From Vicinamibacteria bacterium (GTDB taxonomy: Bacteria > Acidobacteriota > Vicinamibacteria > Marinacidobacterales > Marinacidobacteraceae): DNA of 64,000 nt. The notes below the pieces were generated by a model. It worked only from the letters and a program-made list of their open reading frames with translations, had not been told where the DNA came from and ran no database searches. Of the stretch, positions 61,186 through 64,000 are shown in pieces. The stretch covers positions 896,001 to 960,000 of the forward strand of contig CAXXLQ010000004.1 of the NCBI GenBank assembly GCA_963668695.2, written 5' to 3'. Position 1 is the stretch's first letter. Each line of letters begins with the position of its first letter. Both the position numbers and the translations under genes were made by a program.

Positions 61186-61895
61186 CGACTCACCAGAGAA
61201 AAACGACTTTCGCCGGCGCGGGGGCGCTCCTGGGGTGCCTCGCGCTGCTCGGCGCCTGTGGCGGATCCGAAACGGCGGAGGCGCCCGCCCCGGCGCCTGT
61301 TGCGGCGCCTGTTGCGGCGGAAGCGGAAGCCGAGAGCGGCGCGGCGGTCCTCAACCCGAATCTCGGCGGGACCGACGAACTCGGCGCCCTGCCCGGAATG
61401 ACCCAGGAACTGGTCGAAGCCATCTTGGAGCAGCGTCCCTTCCTCGGGATGGAAGCGCTGCACCCGGTGGTCGCCGGCCACCTGACCCCGGAGGAGGCCG
61501 AGGCGCTCTACGTCGGGATGTTCCTTTCCATCGACCTGAACACCGCCAGCAGCGAGGAAATCCACCTCGTGCCCGGCGTGGGTGACCGGATGACCCATGA
61601 GTTCGAGGAGTACCGCCCGTACACCGCGATGGCGCAGTGGCGCCGGGAGATGGGCAAGTACGTGGACGACGAAGAGGTCGCCCGGATGGAGCAGTACGTC
61701 TTCGTTCCGATTGACCTGAACACCGCCACCCGGGAGGAAATCCTCGATGTCCCCGGTGTCGGCGAGCGGATGGCGCACGAGTTCGAGGAGTACCGCCCGT
61801 ACACCAGCCTCGAGCAATTCCGGCGCGAAATCGGCAAGTACGTGGACGACGAAGAGGTCGCCCGCCTGGAGCGCTACGTAGAGATCCGCCCGTAG
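61182..61895 (+). CDS. helix-hairpin-helix (ComEA/PsbU-like) repeat lipoprotein
   Basis: LGAC lipobox; DLNTA..EEI..VPGVG.RM.HEFEEYRPY twice plus one degenerate copy. Confidence 0.8.
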   Translation: MTTHQRKTTFAGAGALLGCLALLGACGGSETAEAPAPAPVAAPVAAEAEAESGAAVLNPNLGGTDELGALPGMTQELVEAILEQRPFLGMEALHPVVAGHLTPEEAEALYVGMFLSIDLNTASSEEIHLVPGVGDRMTHEFEEYRPYTAMAQWRREMGKYVDDEEVARMEQYVFVPIDLNTATREEILDVPGVGERMAHEFEEYRPYTSLEQFRREIGKYVDDEEVARLERYVEIRP

Positions 61896-61910
61896 GAGCG
61901 CGCGGCACGC

Positions 61911-63068
61911 TCAAAGCAACTCGTCCGACCAGAGTCGTTCCAGAAACTCCCGCCACGGCAGGATCCAGAGCCCGTCGCTCGTGCGCCGGGGAGCGGCCTC
62001 GTTGCAGACGAGAAGGGCGTGGCGCGGCCGATGTTCCTCGGCGTACGCCCGCAACCCCGACAGGTCCCGTGTCGGAACATCGGACTTTGCTTTGACCTCG
62101 ACCGCAACCTCGCCCTCGGGGCCGAGCACGAAGTCGCACTCCAGGCCCGTCTTCGTGCGCCAGAAGCGGATCGGGAAGTCCCGCTCCCGATAGCTGCGGT
62201 ACGCGAGCAGTTCCATCAGCACGAAGTGCTCGAGAGCTCGGCCAAAGTCCGGCCCGGTGGTGGCTTCCAGCCGGCGGCGGGTCACGTACCCCGCGAGCCC
62301 CACATCGAACAGATAGAACTTCGGTATCCGGGTCAGGATCGCACGTGAGCGCCGGCGAGCGAACGGCTCCACGAAGACCCCGAGCAGCGTGTCCACCAGA
62401 ATCTGGAAGTACTCGCGGACGGTCTTGGAGTCCACTCCGCAATCCCGGGCGATGTTGCTGAAGTTGATGAGTTCGCCGTGCGAGAACGCGAGCGCCTCGA
62501 AAAACCGTGAGAAAGCGGGGGCGTTTCGGGTGAGCCCCTCCGCGAAGACTTCCTCCTTGAGGTAGTCATCCACGTACCCGGCCAGGGCTCGCCGTGGGTG
62601 TCCGCCGTCGTAGTGCTGAGGGATGAGGCCGTGGTTGAGAGCGCGCAGTAGATCGAAATCCGGGATCTCGGTCCGGGTCAGCGGATGGAGGGCGAAGCGC
62701 CATGCTCGACCGCCAAGCAGGTTCGCACGACCGCGCTTCAGCTTCCGGGCGCTGGATCCGCACAGGACAAAGCGAAACCCCTCGCTCTCGATGAGGCGGT
62801 GCACTTCGTCCAGAAGCGCCGGGACCTTCTGGACCTCGTCAATGATGATGGGATGAGCGCGCGTTGAGGCATCGAGCGCCCGCACTCTTTCCGCGAACGT
62901 CCACGGCGCCCGGGTGAACTCCAGGAGAAGCCGGGTGTCGAGGAGGTCAAAGCGTGCCGAGCGCGCGAATTGCTGCCGGAGCAGGGTGGACTTCCCGGTC
63001 TTCCGCGGCCCCCAGAGGAAGGCGGACTGGCCGGACGGGAGTTCGATCCCGAGCGTGCGTGGATACAT
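61911..63068 (-). CDS. AAA+ ATPase with DUF4143 / PD-(D/E)xK C-terminus
   Basis: GPRKTGKST, IDEVQ, CGSSARKL, ECDFV...VEVK. Confidence 0.88.
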   Translation of the reverse strand: MYPRTLGIELPSGQSAFLWGPRKTGKSTLLRQQFARSARFDLLDTRLLLEFTRAPWTFAERVRALDASTRAHPIIIDEVQKVPALLDEVHRLIESEGFRFVLCGSSARKLKRGRANLLGGRAWRFALHPLTRTEIPDFDLLRALNHGLIPQHYDGGHPRRALAGYVDDYLKEEVFAEGLTRNAPAFSRFFEALAFSHGELINFSNIARDCGVDSKTVREYFQILVDTLLGVFVEPFARRRSRAILTRIPKFYLFDVGLAGYVTRRRLEATTGPDFGRALEHFVLMELLAYRSYRERDFPIRFWRTKTGLECDFVLGPEGEVAVEVKAKSDVPTRDLSGLRAYAEEHRPRHALLVCNEAAPRRTSDGLWILPWREFLERLWSDELL

Positions 63069-63122
63069 GACTATTTCGGAGTATATTCCGAACTAGTCAG
63101 CCTAACTCGGAATATATTCCGA
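63068..63122. promoter_or_regulatory. two palindromic operators upstream of AAA+ gene
   Basis: TTCGGAGTATATTCCGAA (63075-63092) and TCGGAATATATTCCGA (63107-63122). Confidence 0.75.
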
Positions 63123-63154
63123 ATCGGCTATGCCCTGACGCTTCTGGAAGCTGA

Positions 63155-64000
63155 TCAGGAGGCCTGTCGGAATTCCCGGTAGCGAAGGTTCAGCCGATCG
63201 GGATCGGGGTGGTCCGCCGCGCGCCGCGGCCGGTGGATTCGCGTCTCGTGGAGTCCCTGCAACCCGTGCCGCAGCATCGGCCCGTCCTTTTCGAGCAGCA
63301 GGTCGGGCCGGACATGGATGACGCCCTTCGGGGTTACGCCGAGAAACATCTCGTCAAAGGCCGCGTGATGAAGCTTGCACAGCGAGAGTCCGTTCGGCAC
63401 TACGGGGTCTCCCGCCGGATCGCGGTCGGGGACGATGTGCGCGGCATCCAGAAGCGGCTCGTGCCTCAGACGGCAAAAGGCGCAGCGATGCTGGTAGGCC
63501 CGTAGCACCCGATGCCGGAAAACCCGCTGGTGGATGCGTGTCAAAGTGGTGTGCGTCGTGTAGCGCCGTTCAAGCTCACGATCCCCGGCAGCGGCCACGC
63601 CGATTCCCGCCGCCTCGGCGGCCAGCCGATCCTCGGCAAAGGCCGGGTTGTCCACGGCGACCGCGAAAGTGAGGCCGGGCGGATCGTCGCCGACGATGAA
63701 AGCTGGCCAGGCGGGCAGATAACGCCCCGGGCGGATGCCGTGAAAGTAGATGACCGGCCGCTGCGCCGCCATGATCCGGCGTAGGCCCACGTTGTCGGCG
63801 TGGCGGGGATCCTGTCCGAAGTACCGGTAGTCGAGCAGTTGCTTCTCCCGGTCGAAGGTGTCCCGGTATGGGTTTTCCGGTGAGGTCCTGATGGAGAGCG
63901 GCATCTCCATCTGCCTCGGCTTCCAGATTCCGCGCTGGTTGACCAGCGCGATACGCGCACCCCGGAACGCGAATCCATGGATCAGTGCGCTCCATTCGAG
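63155..64000 (-). CDS. HNH endonuclease (5' end outside the window)
   Basis: QRVFRHRVLRAY..RCAFC...LDAAHI...NGLSLCKLHHAAFD. Confidence 0.88.
   Translation of the reverse strand, partial: LEWSALIHGFAFRGARIALVNQRGIWKPRQMEMPLSIRTSPENPYRDTFDREKQLLDYRYFGQDPRHADNVGLRRIMAAQRPVIYFHGIRPGRYLPAWPAFIVGDDPPGLTFAVAVDNPAFAEDRLAAEAAGIGVAAAGDRELERRYTTHTTLTRIHQRVFRHRVLRAYQHRCAFCRLRHEPLLDAAHIVPDRDPAGDPVVPNGLSLCKLHHAAFDEMFLGVTPKGVIHVRPDLLLEKDGPMLRHGLQGLHETRIHRPRRAADHPDPDRLNLRYREFRQAS

Overview
High-GC bacterial chromosome segment; lipoprotein-rich content, many TA modules and REP-like repeats suggest an Acidobacteriota-like, possibly host- or sponge-associated genome (inference). Core and metabolic genes include hutI/hutF/hutU/hutH, tRNA-Asn, dnaX-ybaB-recR, tRNA-Ser, amidohydrolases, serine hydrolases, a gamma-glutamyltransferase, an RND efflux operon, a six-gene catabolic operon and a cytochrome c cluster. 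Accessory debris includes an integrase remnant, nine TA loci (several with dead or missing toxins), three AAA+/DUF4143 genes, SNF2 remnants and an HNH nuclease. The most striking signal is a layered repeat system. A MITE family (TIR CAGCCTGTGGTGRAACCC, 4-bp mostly YTAR target duplication, 8 loci) inserts into genes, once in frame, and into itself. A 15-19 nt micro-element, CCCCCACCGGGAGAACTGG (about 23 copies), occurs only inside palindromic repeats (the MITE and an unrelated REP family), at several present/absent sites and in both orientations. Several 1-nt frameshifts in C/G runs are probably sequencing errors. All calls come from reading the sequence; no searches were run.
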